In this document: piece after piece, positions 20,862-33,389 of the stretch
Numbering within the stretch: position 1 is the first letter of the stretch
Layout of the letters: every line of letters begins with the position of its first letter
Source: Planctomycetia bacterium
GTDB lineage: Bacteria; Planctomycetota; Planctomycetia; Pirellulales; UBA1268
Assembly (NCBI GenBank): GCA_021414115.1
Contig: JAIOPD010000070.1
Span: forward strand, 40,879 to 104,878
Length of the DNA: 64,000 bases
Direction: 5' to 3'
Notes under the pieces: generated by a model
Told to the model about the DNA's origin: nothing
Database searches by the model: none
The model's input: only the letters and a program-made list of their open reading frames with translations
Program-made: the position numbers and the translations under genes

Positions 20862-23026
20862 AGCGTCCGAGTATGAAATTCGACAAGGACGCGATCCTCG
20901 CGTTTCTGCTGAACCACTGCGAGAAGCTCGTGGTCGGCGTCATCGCACTTGCGGCGCTCGGCCTCGCCTGGGGTGGCATCGACGCCCTCCGGCTCAAGTC
21001 GGTGAAGCCCGACCAGACGCCGGCGGCGCTGACGAGCCTGAATGCCAACGCCAACAACCATATCGACGCCGCCACGAAGCCTCCGGCCGCGAACCGCAAG
21101 GCGGGCCGACTCGCTCTGGCAATCGATCCCTGGCGGCCTCAGCAGGTGAAGATCGTCGCCGCGCCGGAGATGTCGCTGTTTGATCGGCCGCTCTTCCAGG
21201 AGTTGGCGAAGCGGACCAAGCCGAACGTGTTTCCAATCGAGGATCTCCGCGCGGTCGCGGGCATTGCGGTGCTGCCGGCCGTCGAGGTCCCGAACGCCGC
21301 CGACGTGCCTCCGGCCGCTCCGCCGCAGCCCGAGGAAGCCCGGCCGGGGCGACCCCGGGGCCGTGGCCCCCGACGGGGCACGCAGCCTGAGCCTGAGTTC
21401 GCGCCGCCAGGGCCCGGGTTCGCGCCGGTAATGGGTGACACCACTCGCGGCCGGATCGCTCCCTATGTGATCGTCACCGGGCTCGTGCCCGTGGCCAAGC
21501 AGCAGGAGGAGTTTGAACGGTGCTTTGCCAGCACCGGTTTTCGCGATCGCGACCTGGATGCGCCGAAGTGGGGCCAATACCTGGTCGAGCGTTCGGTGGT
21601 GGGCACGGGCGGAGCCGAGCGCTGGGAACGGCTCAAACTGAAAAACGTCGAGGCGCTCGACGTCGCGGGCGGTCCACAGAACCAGCCGGCCGAACCCATG
21701 CAGCCGGAGATCCTGCCGCCGGCATTCCTCGTCGGGGCGACCGAAGCGGAGATCGGCTATGCGGCCGGCGTGCCACAGCGGATCGACGACTCGTGGGGTT
21801 TCGCAGCGATCCACCCCTGGTTTCTTCCACAACTCAAGCGGCTCCTCGAACAGAACCAGGTGGGCGTGGATGTCGACCGGGCCGTAGCCCCGGCCGATGC
21901 GAAGCAGCTGCGGGATTCGCCCGACGAGTTCGTCGGGAAGGTGGTGCTCCTCGAGGGTATGAAGTTTGTCGGGGATCCCGACCCGCAGCGGCAGGCCGGC
22001 GTGGTCGCACATGCCGTGGCAACGGCCGACGGCGGCGTGAAGTTCGCGACCGACGAGATCGGCACCGTGGACGGCACGGTGTTCGCCATTGCCGGTCCCT
22101 GGGCCAGGACGCTCGCTCTCGACGGCGGCGTGACCCCCGACATTCCCTGCACCCTTCGCGTCCGCCTGGAGATGATCGGCCCGACTCCCGTGGCGAGAAT
22201 CCTCGGCATCAAATACGCGGCCGCGGATGGCGGCGCGGGCGAGGAGTTGTTCGATCCCAACCCGCTGCCGCTGGCCGGCGGCCAAGCAGTTGGTCTCGCG
22301 ACCGTCCGCCAGCCGGGAGCGGTGGGGCCCGAGGAGGGGGCAGAGTTTCGCCTGTTTCGCTTCGTGGACACCGACGTGAAGCCCGGCCTGAGGTATAGCT
22401 ACCGGGTGAAGTTTGCCTTGCGGAACCCGAACTTCGGCCTCGACCAGCAGCATTTGGCCGATCCCACACTGGCCAAGGGCGAGTTCCTCGTGTCGAAGGA
22501 AAGCAATCAGTCGCCGCCCGTTCGTGTGCCTGAGCCGACGTCGATGCTCGCCAAGCCGCTCACGAAGGACGAGATCAAACGCATGAAGATGAAGCCGGGC
22601 TGGTACGAGATCCTCGTGCTCGGAGAGAACGCCGCCACCGGCAACTACGCGATCCGTAGCCTGCTTACGGAGGTCGGCGGCCTCGCCAATGTCGATCCCG
22701 CGCTCAACAAACCGGGCGACCAACGGACCCGTGGCGAAGCCATCTCGACCGGTCGAATCCTCGTCGATGCCCGGGGCCGACAGGAGGACCGCGGCAACGC
22801 CGGGTCGGCCGCCGGTCCGGGCGACATGCTGGAGATGCTCTTCTTCGACCCCACAACTGGCGCGTTCGAGTTTGTCTCGGCCGCCGACTCGCAGTCACGG
22901 TACGACCGCTACGCCCTGACCCTGCCGCTCGCCGAAGATCCCAAGAAGGGTGGTAATCAGCCTGCGGGACTGCCGGCCAACCAGAATCCCTTCGAGTTCG
23001 CACCTCCTGGCCGCGGTGGGCCATGA
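20858..23026 (+). CDS. hypothetical membrane-anchored protein, 722 aa
   Basis: Starts at the ATG at 20858 (MKRPSMKFDKDAILAFLLNHCEKLVVGVIALAALGLAWGG), residue 124 of the track ORF. ATGA overlap with the upstream stop. I recognise no family signature. Confidence 0.7.
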   Translation: MKRPSMKFDKDAILAFLLNHCEKLVVGVIALAALGLAWGGIDALRLKSVKPDQTPAALTSLNANANNHIDAATKPPAANRKAGRLALAIDPWRPQQVKIVAAPEMSLFDRPLFQELAKRTKPNVFPIEDLRAVAGIAVLPAVEVPNAADVPPAAPPQPEEARPGRPRGRGPRRGTQPEPEFAPPGPGFAPVMGDTTRGRIAPYVIVTGLVPVAKQQEEFERCFASTGFRDRDLDAPKWGQYLVERSVVGTGGAERWERLKLKNVEALDVAGGPQNQPAEPMQPEILPPAFLVGATEAEIGYAAGVPQRIDDSWGFAAIHPWFLPQLKRLLEQNQVGVDVDRAVAPADAKQLRDSPDEFVGKVVLLEGMKFVGDPDPQRQAGVVAHAVATADGGVKFATDEIGTVDGTVFAIAGPWARTLALDGGVTPDIPCTLRVRLEMIGPTPVARILGIKYAAADGGAGEELFDPNPLPLAGGQAVGLATVRQPGAVGPEEGAEFRLFRFVDTDVKPGLRYSYRVKFALRNPNFGLDQQHLADPTLAKGEFLVSKESNQSPPVRVPEPTSMLAKPLTKDEIKRMKMKPGWYEILVLGENAATGNYAIRSLLTEVGGLANVDPALNKPGDQRTRGEAISTGRILVDARGRQEDRGNAGSAAGPGDMLEMLFFDPTTGAFEFVSAADSQSRYDRYALTLPLAEDPKKGGNQPAGLPANQNPFEFAPPGRGGP

Positions 23027-24444
23027 ACACACGGCCTCTTTTTTTCGATCGCGATCACGTTCCTGGTCTTTCTCGCATGCCGCGGTTGCCGACACTCATG
23101 AATCTTGTTCGAAGATGCGCTCCGATCATCGCCGTCGCTACCGTCATGGCATGGGCGTCCTCCACCGCAGTCGCGCAGGATGAAGAGCCGGCCTTTGCTT
23201 CGTGGTCGAAAGTCGAAGCCACGCAGGAGATGCGCGACTACCAAGCCAAACTCAAAAAGGGGGAGTTCGACGAGTCGGCGCGGAAGTTTCTCGAGACCTC
23301 AATCCTGCCCCAGCTCGCAGCGGAAAAAAACATGCCGACGATCGAGCGGGTGCGCCGCCGGCTGCGGGATGTCGCCCTCAACGAACGAGACGCCGACGCC
23401 GCTGCTCTCGACAAGGCGAACGACACGGCCACGCGATCGCTGACGACACTGGCCCGAAACCCGAAGGCCGAGCCGGTCGTCCGCATCAACGCGATGCTTC
23501 TGGTGGGCGAACTGCGGAGCAAGGATGGCCGACCTTGGCCGGGAGCGGTGCCGGCATTGGCCGCGGCCATGGCCGACACGAAACTCGCGCTCGCGGTGCG
23601 GGTGGCGGCGGCGGCGGGATTGGGCCGCCACGCGGAAGCCGGCCGGGCAGGCGGCGTTGACCCGGCGTTTCAACGGGAGACCCTGCCGAAGCTCGTGGCC
23701 ATCGTGGCCGTGACACCGGCCCCAGAGGACGGCGCGGGAGGGGAATGGCTCGTGTCGCGGGCACTCGAGATCCTTCCGGTCGCAGCCCCCAAGGCATCGC
23801 CGCAGGCGGCAGCGGCCTTGGCAAAGATCGTCGCCGATGCAGCACGGCCGATCGACGTCCGCGTGCGGGCGGCGGCCGCGCTCGGAACGACTGTCGCGGC
23901 TGATTCCAACGTGGACGCGGGCGGGATCGTGGCAGCGATTCGCGGGCTCGCGCTCACGGCGCTCAGAAGCGACCTCACTGCGTCGGAGGATCTCGAGTGG
24001 AGCCGTCGCCTAGGCGGCCAACCGCCGCCCGGACAGCCGGACTTCGCCAAACCGACCGGGTTTCCTGGCGGACTTCAGCCGACGCCGGAGCCGAGCGGGC
24101 CGCCAATGCAACCGCTCGTGGTGCGGCGCGATGCCTGGCGACTGATCCGGCTGGCGGACGCGATCCTCGCCGAGGAAGGCAGCGGCGGCCTGGCGACGCT
24201 GCTCGCCGGCCCCGGCAAGATCTCCGCCGAGCAGCTGGCCACAACGCTTCGGGCCGCGGGCAAGAGTCTTGATGCGGCCCCCGATGCTGCGGCGGTGAAA
24301 AACGCGCTCGAAAAGATCGAGCAGACCGCGGCAGCCGTGCAGGCACCGGCAGCGGCGGCCCCCGCGGCGGCCACACGGCCCACAGCCCCTGCGGCCACCG
24401 AGAAGCCGGCCGAAAGCGATCCGTTCGCCACGCCCGGCAACTGA
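23023..24444 (+). CDS. hypothetical secreted alpha-helical (HEAT/ARM-like) repeat protein
   Basis: 473 aa. ATGA overlap with the upstream gene. Signal-peptide-like IIAVATVMAWASSTAVAQD. Ala/Leu-rich helical repeats. An internal start at MPRLPTLMNL is possible. Confidence 0.65.
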   Translation: MNTRPLFFDRDHVPGLSRMPRLPTLMNLVRRCAPIIAVATVMAWASSTAVAQDEEPAFASWSKVEATQEMRDYQAKLKKGEFDESARKFLETSILPQLAAEKNMPTIERVRRRLRDVALNERDADAAALDKANDTATRSLTTLARNPKAEPVVRINAMLLVGELRSKDGRPWPGAVPALAAAMADTKLALAVRVAAAAGLGRHAEAGRAGGVDPAFQRETLPKLVAIVAVTPAPEDGAGGEWLVSRALEILPVAAPKASPQAAAALAKIVADAARPIDVRVRAAAALGTTVAADSNVDAGGIVAAIRGLALTALRSDLTASEDLEWSRRLGGQPPPGQPDFAKPTGFPGGLQPTPEPSGPPMQPLVVRRDAWRLIRLADAILAEEGSGGLATLLAGPGKISAEQLATTLRAAGKSLDAAPDAAAVKNALEKIEQTAAAVQAPAAAAPAAATRPTAPAATEKPAESDPFATPGN

Positions 24445-24486
24445 CGCAAAACGCGGCGATCCATGCGCCGTGGCGACACGTGCTCG

Positions 24487-24591
24487 GGAAGCCCGGAGCG
24501 CGAGCGACGGGTAGATGCGTGGCCTCCGCGAGGGTAGCGCGGAGCCAGGCGGGTGGACGGCAATGTCCCCGGGCTCCCGCCCGGGGCTTCC
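24487..24591 (+). repeat. Family-1 rod-hairpin intergenic repeat, copy C (most diverged)
   Basis: GGAAGCCCGGAGCGCGAGCGACGGGTAGAT...GTCCCCGGGCTCCCGCCCGGGGCTTCC. Lies in the convergent gap between the pil operon end (24444) and the ilvB stop (24630). Confidence 0.8.
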
Positions 24592-24629
24592 TGACGGAGA
24601 GGGGTCCCGGGACGCCGCCAGAACTCCCG

Positions 24630-26408
24630 CTATTTCTTGATCAGATCCTTGACCGTCATGCCGGACGGGATCATCGGGAGCACGTGCGACTGGTAGGGCA
24701 CCTGCACATCGAGGATCGCGGGGCCGGGGGCGTCGATCAGACGACGCAGCGCCGGCTCGAGATCCTTCTTCTCGGCGATCGTCTCGGCCTGCCAGCCGAA
24801 CCCCTTCGCGATCGCCACGAAATCGGGGTAGCGAATCTCGGGGGAGATGCCGTCGCCCTGGCCGCAGGCCTCGGGATGATCGACCGGCCCAAGGTAGGTG
24901 TGGGCCCGATTGCCCTTGAAGAACCGGTCTTCCCACTGGACCACCATGCCGAGGTGCTGGTTGTTGAGCAGCAGCACTTTCACCGGAATGTTCTCGGTCT
25001 TGCAGGTGGCGAACTCCTGAATGTTCATCAGGATGCTGCCGTCGCCGTCGATGTCGACCACGAGCGCGTCGGGGCAGGCCACCTTCGCCCCCATCGCCGC
25101 GGGCAGACCGAAGCCCATCGTGCCGAGCCCACTGGACGAGAGCCATGTCCGCGGCCGGCGAAACTTGTAAAACTGCGCGGCCCACATCTGGTGCTGGCCC
25201 ACGCCGACGGCGATCACGGTGTCTTGCTTCGCCGTGAGCCGCGAGAGCTCCGCGATCGCCTCCTGCGCGAGGATGCCCTGGTAGTTCGTGTCGAAAGCGA
25301 AGGGATCTTCCCTCTTCCACTCAGCGATCCGGGCGTGCCACGGGCCCAGATCGGCCGCCGGTGGCTCCACGATCGCGTTGAGTTGGCCGAGGGCGGCCTT
25401 CACGTCGGCCACGATCGGCACGTGCACGAGCTTGTTCTTGTTGATCTCGGAAGGATCAATGTCGATGTGCACGATGAAGCCGTGTTCGGCGAAGGCCTCC
25501 ACCTTGCCCGTGACGCGGTCGTCGAATCGCACTCCCACCGCGATCAGGAGATCGGCCTCGTCGACGGCATAGTTGGCGTACACGCTGCCGTGCATGCCGA
25601 GCATGTCGAGCGAGAGCGGGTCGTCGCCGGGAAACACGCCCAGACCCATGAGCGTCATCGTGACCGGAATGCCCGTCTTCTTGACGAGCGTGCGGATCTC
25701 TTCGGAGGCGTCGGAGGCGATGACGCCACCGCCGGCATAGATCACCGGCCGCTTGGCCCGCTTGATGGCGGCCGCGACCTGCGCGATCTGCTCGGGATGG
25801 GCAGGCTTGCGGGGCTCGGGATGGTAGCCGGGCAGGTTCATCGCGCAGTCATAGTCGGGCACGATCTGCGCGAGTTGGATGTTTTTAGGGAGATCGACGA
25901 GCACCGGGCCCGGCCGGCCCGTGGTGGCGATGTAGAAGGCCTCCTTCATCACCCGGGCGATGTCGTTGGCATCGGTGACCAGGTAGTGGTGCTTGGTGAT
26001 TCCACGGCAGACCTCCACCATCGGCGTTTCCTGAAACGCGTCGGTGCCGATCACGCTCGTGCCGACCTGACCGGAGAGCACGACCATCGGGATGCTGTCG
26101 AGCTTGGCGTCGGCGATCGCCGTAACGAGGTTGAGCGCGCCGGGACCGCTCGTCCCCATGCAGACTCCCGGTCGCCCGGTGGTGCGGGAGTAGCCCTGAG
26201 CGGCGAACGCCCCGCCTTGTTCGTGCCGCGGCAGGATCGTGCGAATCTGGTCCTTGTAGCGGGTGAGCGCCTGGTGGAGCGGCATGCTCGCCCCACCCGG
26301 ATACGCGAAGATCACGTCAACGCCGTGGCGGACGAGCGACTCGACGACCACGTCGGCCCCGGACACGAAGGCTTCGGATGCTTTCGACGGGCGGGACGCG
26401 GTGGCCAT
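24630..26408 (-). CDS. ilvB: acetolactate synthase, large (catalytic) subunit
   Basis: The true start is the ATG at 26408 ([48 protein letters not shown]), residue 294 of the track ORF. ThDP motif [16 protein letters not shown]...[12 protein letters not shown]. Confidence 0.95.
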   Translation of the reverse strand: MATASRPSKASEAFVSGADVVVESLVRHGVDVIFAYPGGASMPLHQALTRYKDQIRTILPRHEQGGAFAAQGYSRTTGRPGVCMGTSGPGALNLVTAIADAKLDSIPMVVLSGQVGTSVIGTDAFQETPMVEVCRGITKHHYLVTDANDIARVMKEAFYIATTGRPGPVLVDLPKNIQLAQIVPDYDCAMNLPGYHPEPRKPAHPEQIAQVAAAIKRAKRPVIYAGGGVIASDASEEIRTLVKKTGIPVTMTLMGLGVFPGDDPLSLDMLGMHGSVYANYAVDEADLLIAVGVRFDDRVTGKVEAFAEHGFIVHIDIDPSEINKNKLVHVPIVADVKAALGQLNAIVEPPAADLGPWHARIAEWKREDPFAFDTNYQGILAQEAIAELSRLTAKQDTVIAVGVGQHQMWAAQFYKFRRPRTWLSSSGLGTMGFGLPAAMGAKVACPDALVVDIDGDGSILMNIQEFATCKTENIPVKVLLLNNQHLGMVVQWEDRFFKGNRAHTYLGPVDHPEACGQGDGISPEIRYPDFVAIAKGFGWQAETIAEKKDLEPALRRLIDAPGPAILDVQVPYQSHVLPMIPSGMTVKDLIKK

Positions 26409-26648
26409 GGGATGCTCCTGAATCGTGGTCTGAGACGGGGAACTGGCTGAGAAGGGACCAAACAGAATGCCCCCCAAACATACACCATGAAAACGCCCTG
26501 AAAAACTCGCCCCCCCTTGGCACCAGCGGGCGGCGGGCGCCGAAGTGACAGGGGTAAAGACGCCGGCCGCTTGCCCGCGAAAATGTACATCAGTACACTT
26601 CCGAGGTTGCGCTTCGTGGACGTCGGCGTGGCAGATAGACTTCGTGAC

Positions 26649-27311
26649 ATGGCCACGGCTCCCGATCACCGCGACGGCGGGGCACATCCCCGGATTCCAA
26701 ACGAGATTCCGAACGCAGGACCGAGCGTGGTCAGGTTCGGGTTCGACGTACTCGACCGGATCGAGCAGGCGGTGGCCATGGTGAAGGAACGCCTCAAGCG
26801 GGCAGTGGCGGCGCTCGACGCGCGGGAGATCCCCTACGCCGTCGTGGGCGGGCATGCCGTCGCGGCCTGGGTGTCGCGGATCGATCCGGCAGCCGTGCGG
26901 ACGACGGTCGATGTCGATCTCCTCGTGTCCCGCGGCGATTTCGAGGCCGTGAAGTCGGCCCTCGAGGAAGCTGGGTTCATTCACTCCTTCACGTTTGGCA
27001 TCGACATCTTCGTCGATGGGCCCAAAGGCAAGGCCCGCGAGGCGGTGCACATCCTGTTTGCCGGCGAGCGGGTGAAGCCACAGGATGCGGTGCCGTCCCC
27101 CGACCTCTCTGCCGCGGAAGCGTTCGAGGGCTACCGGATCATGGGCCTCGACCGCCTGATCGCGATGAAGCTCACGGCGTTTCGCGACAAGGACCGCACT
27201 CACCTGCGCGACATGATCGACGTGGGGCTGATCGACGCCGCCACCGTGGGCCGCCTGCCCGAGCCTCTTCGCGGGCGGCTCGAGCAACTGCTGGCAAACC
27301 CGGACGGCTGA
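26649..27311 (+). CDS. nucleotidyltransferase-fold protein (orphan, AbiEii/MNT-like)
   Basis: The segment [38 protein letters not shown] resembles the G[GS]...D.D core of small nucleotidyltransferases. The start is uncertain (ATG at 26649). No partner gene is adjacent. Confidence 0.45.
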   Translation: MATAPDHRDGGAHPRIPNEIPNAGPSVVRFGFDVLDRIEQAVAMVKERLKRAVAALDAREIPYAVVGGHAVAAWVSRIDPAAVRTTVDVDLLVSRGDFEAVKSALEEAGFIHSFTFGIDIFVDGPKGKAREAVHILFAGERVKPQDAVPSPDLSAAEAFEGYRIMGLDRLIAMKLTAFRDKDRTHLRDMIDVGLIDAATVGRLPEPLRGRLEQLLANPDG

Positions 27312-27364
27312 GCCGCGGCGAAACGCCGCTGCGGGCCGGAGAGCGACGTCCGCCTGCCGGTCCG

Positions 27365-30694
<3,330 letters not shown>

Positions 30695-30881
30695 CGCTTG
30701 GTGCATCGCCGCCGGGGCGGCCTCTGCTGCGGCTTTGCCACGCTACACCGCTTGTTAGTGCAACATTCCTTCTGTAATCGCCAGTGCATCTCCGTCCGAG
30801 TCGAGCTCAGCGAGATGAGGGCAGGCACGCACGAGCGGCCCGGGTCAGTGGTCGCAGTGGAGCAGGCATGAGGGGCACCGA

Positions 30882-31319
30882 TCACTTGGCGATGAGCGGG
30901 TTTTTGGTCTTCAATTCGGGAAAGAGAGAGAAATCACGGTCAGCGGTCCAGAGCTCGGCGACACCGTGGTTCAGGCAGATGGCCGCGATCCGTGCATCGT
31001 GAACCTTCCCGCCCACGATCCTGGCCTGCACGCACAAGCGTTCGAGCTTGTCGAGATAGCCGGGACCCTCGTGGAGCAGATGCAAACCCGGGGAGCTCTG
31101 CCAGGCCTTGAGCGATTCGAAGGCGGTCGCCTGCGGGGTGGGCGGGGCGTAGATGCGCGGATGGGTGACGATGGCAAGAAACTCGTGCAGGGAACTCCAG
31201 GCGATGGCCCAGGAGTTTCCGCTGTTGGCGAGATCGACGAGACACGACTTGGCTGCGGCATGCCACTCGCTGTCTTCGCGGTGGGCGTAGACGAGCAGAT
31301 TGGTGTCAATCGCGATCAT
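30882..31319 (-). CDS. vapC: PIN-domain ribonuclease toxin, type II TA system
   Basis: 145 aa. MIAIDTNLLVY (first acidic PIN residue) and WTADRDF (last). ATGA overlap with the upstream antitoxin gene. Confidence 0.9.
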   Translation of the reverse strand: MIAIDTNLLVYAHREDSEWHAAAKSCLVDLANSGNSWAIAWSSLHEFLAIVTHPRIYAPPTPQATAFESLKAWQSSPGLHLLHEGPGYLDKLERLCVQARIVGGKVHDARIAAICLNHGVAELWTADRDFSLFPELKTKNPLIAK

Positions 31320-31573
31320 GACTCCGCGGTTCCATAGATGGCGTCGCGGATCGCGTCCCAGCCTTTGCCGCGGAATTCAGACTGCAGCCCTCTTCCCCGG
31401 AAAGTCACGGGCTTGATCGGCTTTTGCTTCGACGACGCCTTGCGGCCGAGCACCTCACGCAGGCCCTCTTCAATGAGGCTGCGCAACGTGGTCTGGGAAG
31501 CCTCGGCCTCGCGTTTCGCACGGAGGAGAAGGTCGTCAGCAATATCTACGGTTGTCTTCATATGGGTAACCAT
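31316..31573 (-). CDS. vapB: VapB-family antitoxin
   Basis: (MVTH)MKTTVDIADDLLLRAKREAEASQTTLRSLIEEGLREVL. The start is the ATG at 31573 or 31561. The stop overlaps the vapC start. Confidence 0.8.
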   Translation of the reverse strand: MVTHMKTTVDIADDLLLRAKREAEASQTTLRSLIEEGLREVLGRKASSKQKPIKPVTFRGRGLQSEFRGKGWDAIRDAIYGTAES

Positions 31574-31960
31574 ATTGGACGGCTCTCGCTCTGTCAAGCT
31601 GCCCCGCCCCGCTGCTCGCGCCCCGGCTCTCGCCGTTCGAGTTCCTATCCTCGGCTCGCACGACACCTCGCGCACAAGCCTGGGCCAAGCTCGTGGCGCG
31701 GGTGGCCGCCGACCGACTGGGGAGAGCTCGTGCAGACGCACGACCACCGGGCAATCTTTCAGGCGTCACTCGACGAGCTGCCCGTGATCGACGTCCACAG
31801 CCTCTGAACGGTGCCGCACAGGGCCTCGGGCCCCGCCCCATTCTCTGCCCGTCACCAGTCCCACGCTTGCGAATCTGCCGTTGGACGTCCCAGCCTTGTG
31901 TGGCGGATTGCAATTCATCTCCTTTTCAACGCGGCTTCATTTTTGTGGGCCCATTGATGA

Positions 31961-32663
31961 GCGTCATTGCGATCGTTGCGTCGCTACGAGGACAACCTGC
32001 GACATGAGCGATTCTCGCCGGATGGATCAAGCATCCTGATCTACGGTGAGCACCAAGCGACACGCCATGATGTGACCACCGGAAAAGCCGCCGAGAAAGT
32101 CCAGCTAGCTACCCGTAGGCAGGGGTTTCAAGAGTCGATACGCCAAAATCAATGCGCACATTGAGAATGAGGAGCAACATGACGCATCCAGAGCTCTCAT
32201 CTACACCGCCGATTCATCCAACTACCAGGCGATCCTTGACGCGGCGACCGGTAAAGAAATGAAGGCTTTGGGCGACTTCGACACGAATTACACCGCGCAC
32301 TTCTCGCCTGACGCACGGCTTGTCGTGCTGGTGCCGACGTTCGGTCAACACGCCGACGACGCCCGAGACCCTGAGATTCTCGTGATCGACGCCACCACCG
32401 GGGCCGTGGATCGCCGCATGTATTCCGGGCCGTGGGCGTTGCCATCGTTAGACTTCGACGCCGCTGGCAGTCGCATGCTTGTGACCGAGGCAATGAATCT
32501 CAACGTCTGGCGAACATCGCGTGAGTGGCGGCAGTCGGAACAGCAAACCCCCATGCCGAGGAAGGTGCTCGATACGCTGAAGATTCTCGCGGAAGAGCAA
32601 GCGAAGAATGCCGCGGCGTCAGGAGCGGAGCCAGCGAGTGCGCCGAAGAGCACTGGGACTTGA
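31961..32663 (+). pseudogene. beta-propeller (WD40/TolB-like) repeat protein remnant, frameshifted
   Basis: Two frames carry repeat-like strings. One reads ERFSPDGSSILIYGEHQATRHDVTTGKAAEKVQL (frame of 31967). The other reads ALIYTADSSNYQAILDAATGKEMKALGDFDTNYTAHFSPDARLVVLV...ILVIDATTGAV (frame open from 32109). They are separated by a stop at 32106. Local G+C is lower (32/60 at 32101). Confidence 0.3.
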
Positions 32664-32860
32664 GAAGAATGGGAGCACTCGTTGCGCAGGCGGCGAGGGC
32701 ACGGATGGCGATGAGCGGCGGCTGGTTTGGAGCCAGGCGTGGCCATGTCGATGCCGGTGACGCCGTTGCCGAGTCGGCAGGAGAATGCGGGGCGGCCGCT
32801 GACGAGTTCGTCGAGAGCGTCGTGAGTGATCGCCACGCCCGTCTGCGTGCTGCCGCGGCG

Positions 32861-33066
32861 CGAACCGGTACGGAAGCGTTGATCGGCACGCAGGCCGCCG
32901 ATTGCGTCGCGTTGATGACCCTGGCCGTCGACCGTGTGCGGACCGCCCGGCGTGATCTTCGGGATCTCGACTCGTCCTGGATCGCGACGCCATTGTGGCG
33001 CACGGTCATCCGGGGGTTCGCGATCTTCTTGTCCCCCGCGAACCGCGGCCCCGTGAACTCGATGTG
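32861..33066 (-). pseudogene. DUF1080 (3-keto-disaccharide hydrolase-like) C-terminal remnant with a 1-nt frameshift
   Basis: The minus strand reads HIEFTGPRFAGDKKIANPRMTVRHNGVAIQDE, shifts frame at about 32971, then reads VEIPKITPGGPHTVDGQGHQRDAIGGLRADQRFRT. This resembles the ...APRF..DGK...VTV.HNGV.VQD.VE..GPT...IGLQ.HG..V.FRNI end of that family as I recall it. It is preceded by an in-frame stop. Confidence 0.25.
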
Positions 33067-33157
33067 TCATACGGCTCCCACTTGATCCTCGCGCGCCCGG
33101 GCCCAGTGTGCCGCTGATTCCGCGTTGCTGGCGGTTAACGCCTGCGGGCGTGGGTTC

Positions 33158-33252
33158 GGGGCTACCCATCCTCCGTCGCCGGACGTTCGTTGCGGGCATC
33201 CTGCCCTCCACTCACTCGATGCCGGCTCCCGGAGCACGGGTAGCCCCTCGCG
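33158..33252 (-). repeat. Family-2 hairpin repeat, copy 1 (inverted relative to copy 2)
   Basis: The outer arms GGGGCTACCC (33158-33167) and GGGTAGCCCC (33238-33247) are exact reverse complements. The reverse complement of the interior matches 51176-51246. Confidence 0.8.
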
Positions 33253-33389
33253 GTCTCCTCGTTCGCCCAGAGGAACGACGCCGCATACGTGGTTCCCTGC
33301 GAACCACGATCTTGGCGGCATGGCCATCTTTCCGGCTTGCGCGATCCCTCTCGGAGCGCCATGATGCGGCCTCCACCGGAGGAGGTCGC

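Noticed and set aside
20714-22723. 669-aa minus-strand ORF inside the pil operon
   Set aside because: It is antisense to the 722-aa gene, which is ATGA-coupled on both sides. Its composition is Arg/His/Gly-rich.
24480-26450. 656-aa plus-strand ORF
   Set aside because: It is antisense to ilvB, whose ThDP motifs are unambiguous.
26400-26488. Short [14 protein letters not shown]... as an ilv leader peptide
   Set aside because: It lies downstream of the terminator-like hairpin, not upstream. It has no run of Val/Leu/Ile codons and overlaps the ilvB start in another frame.
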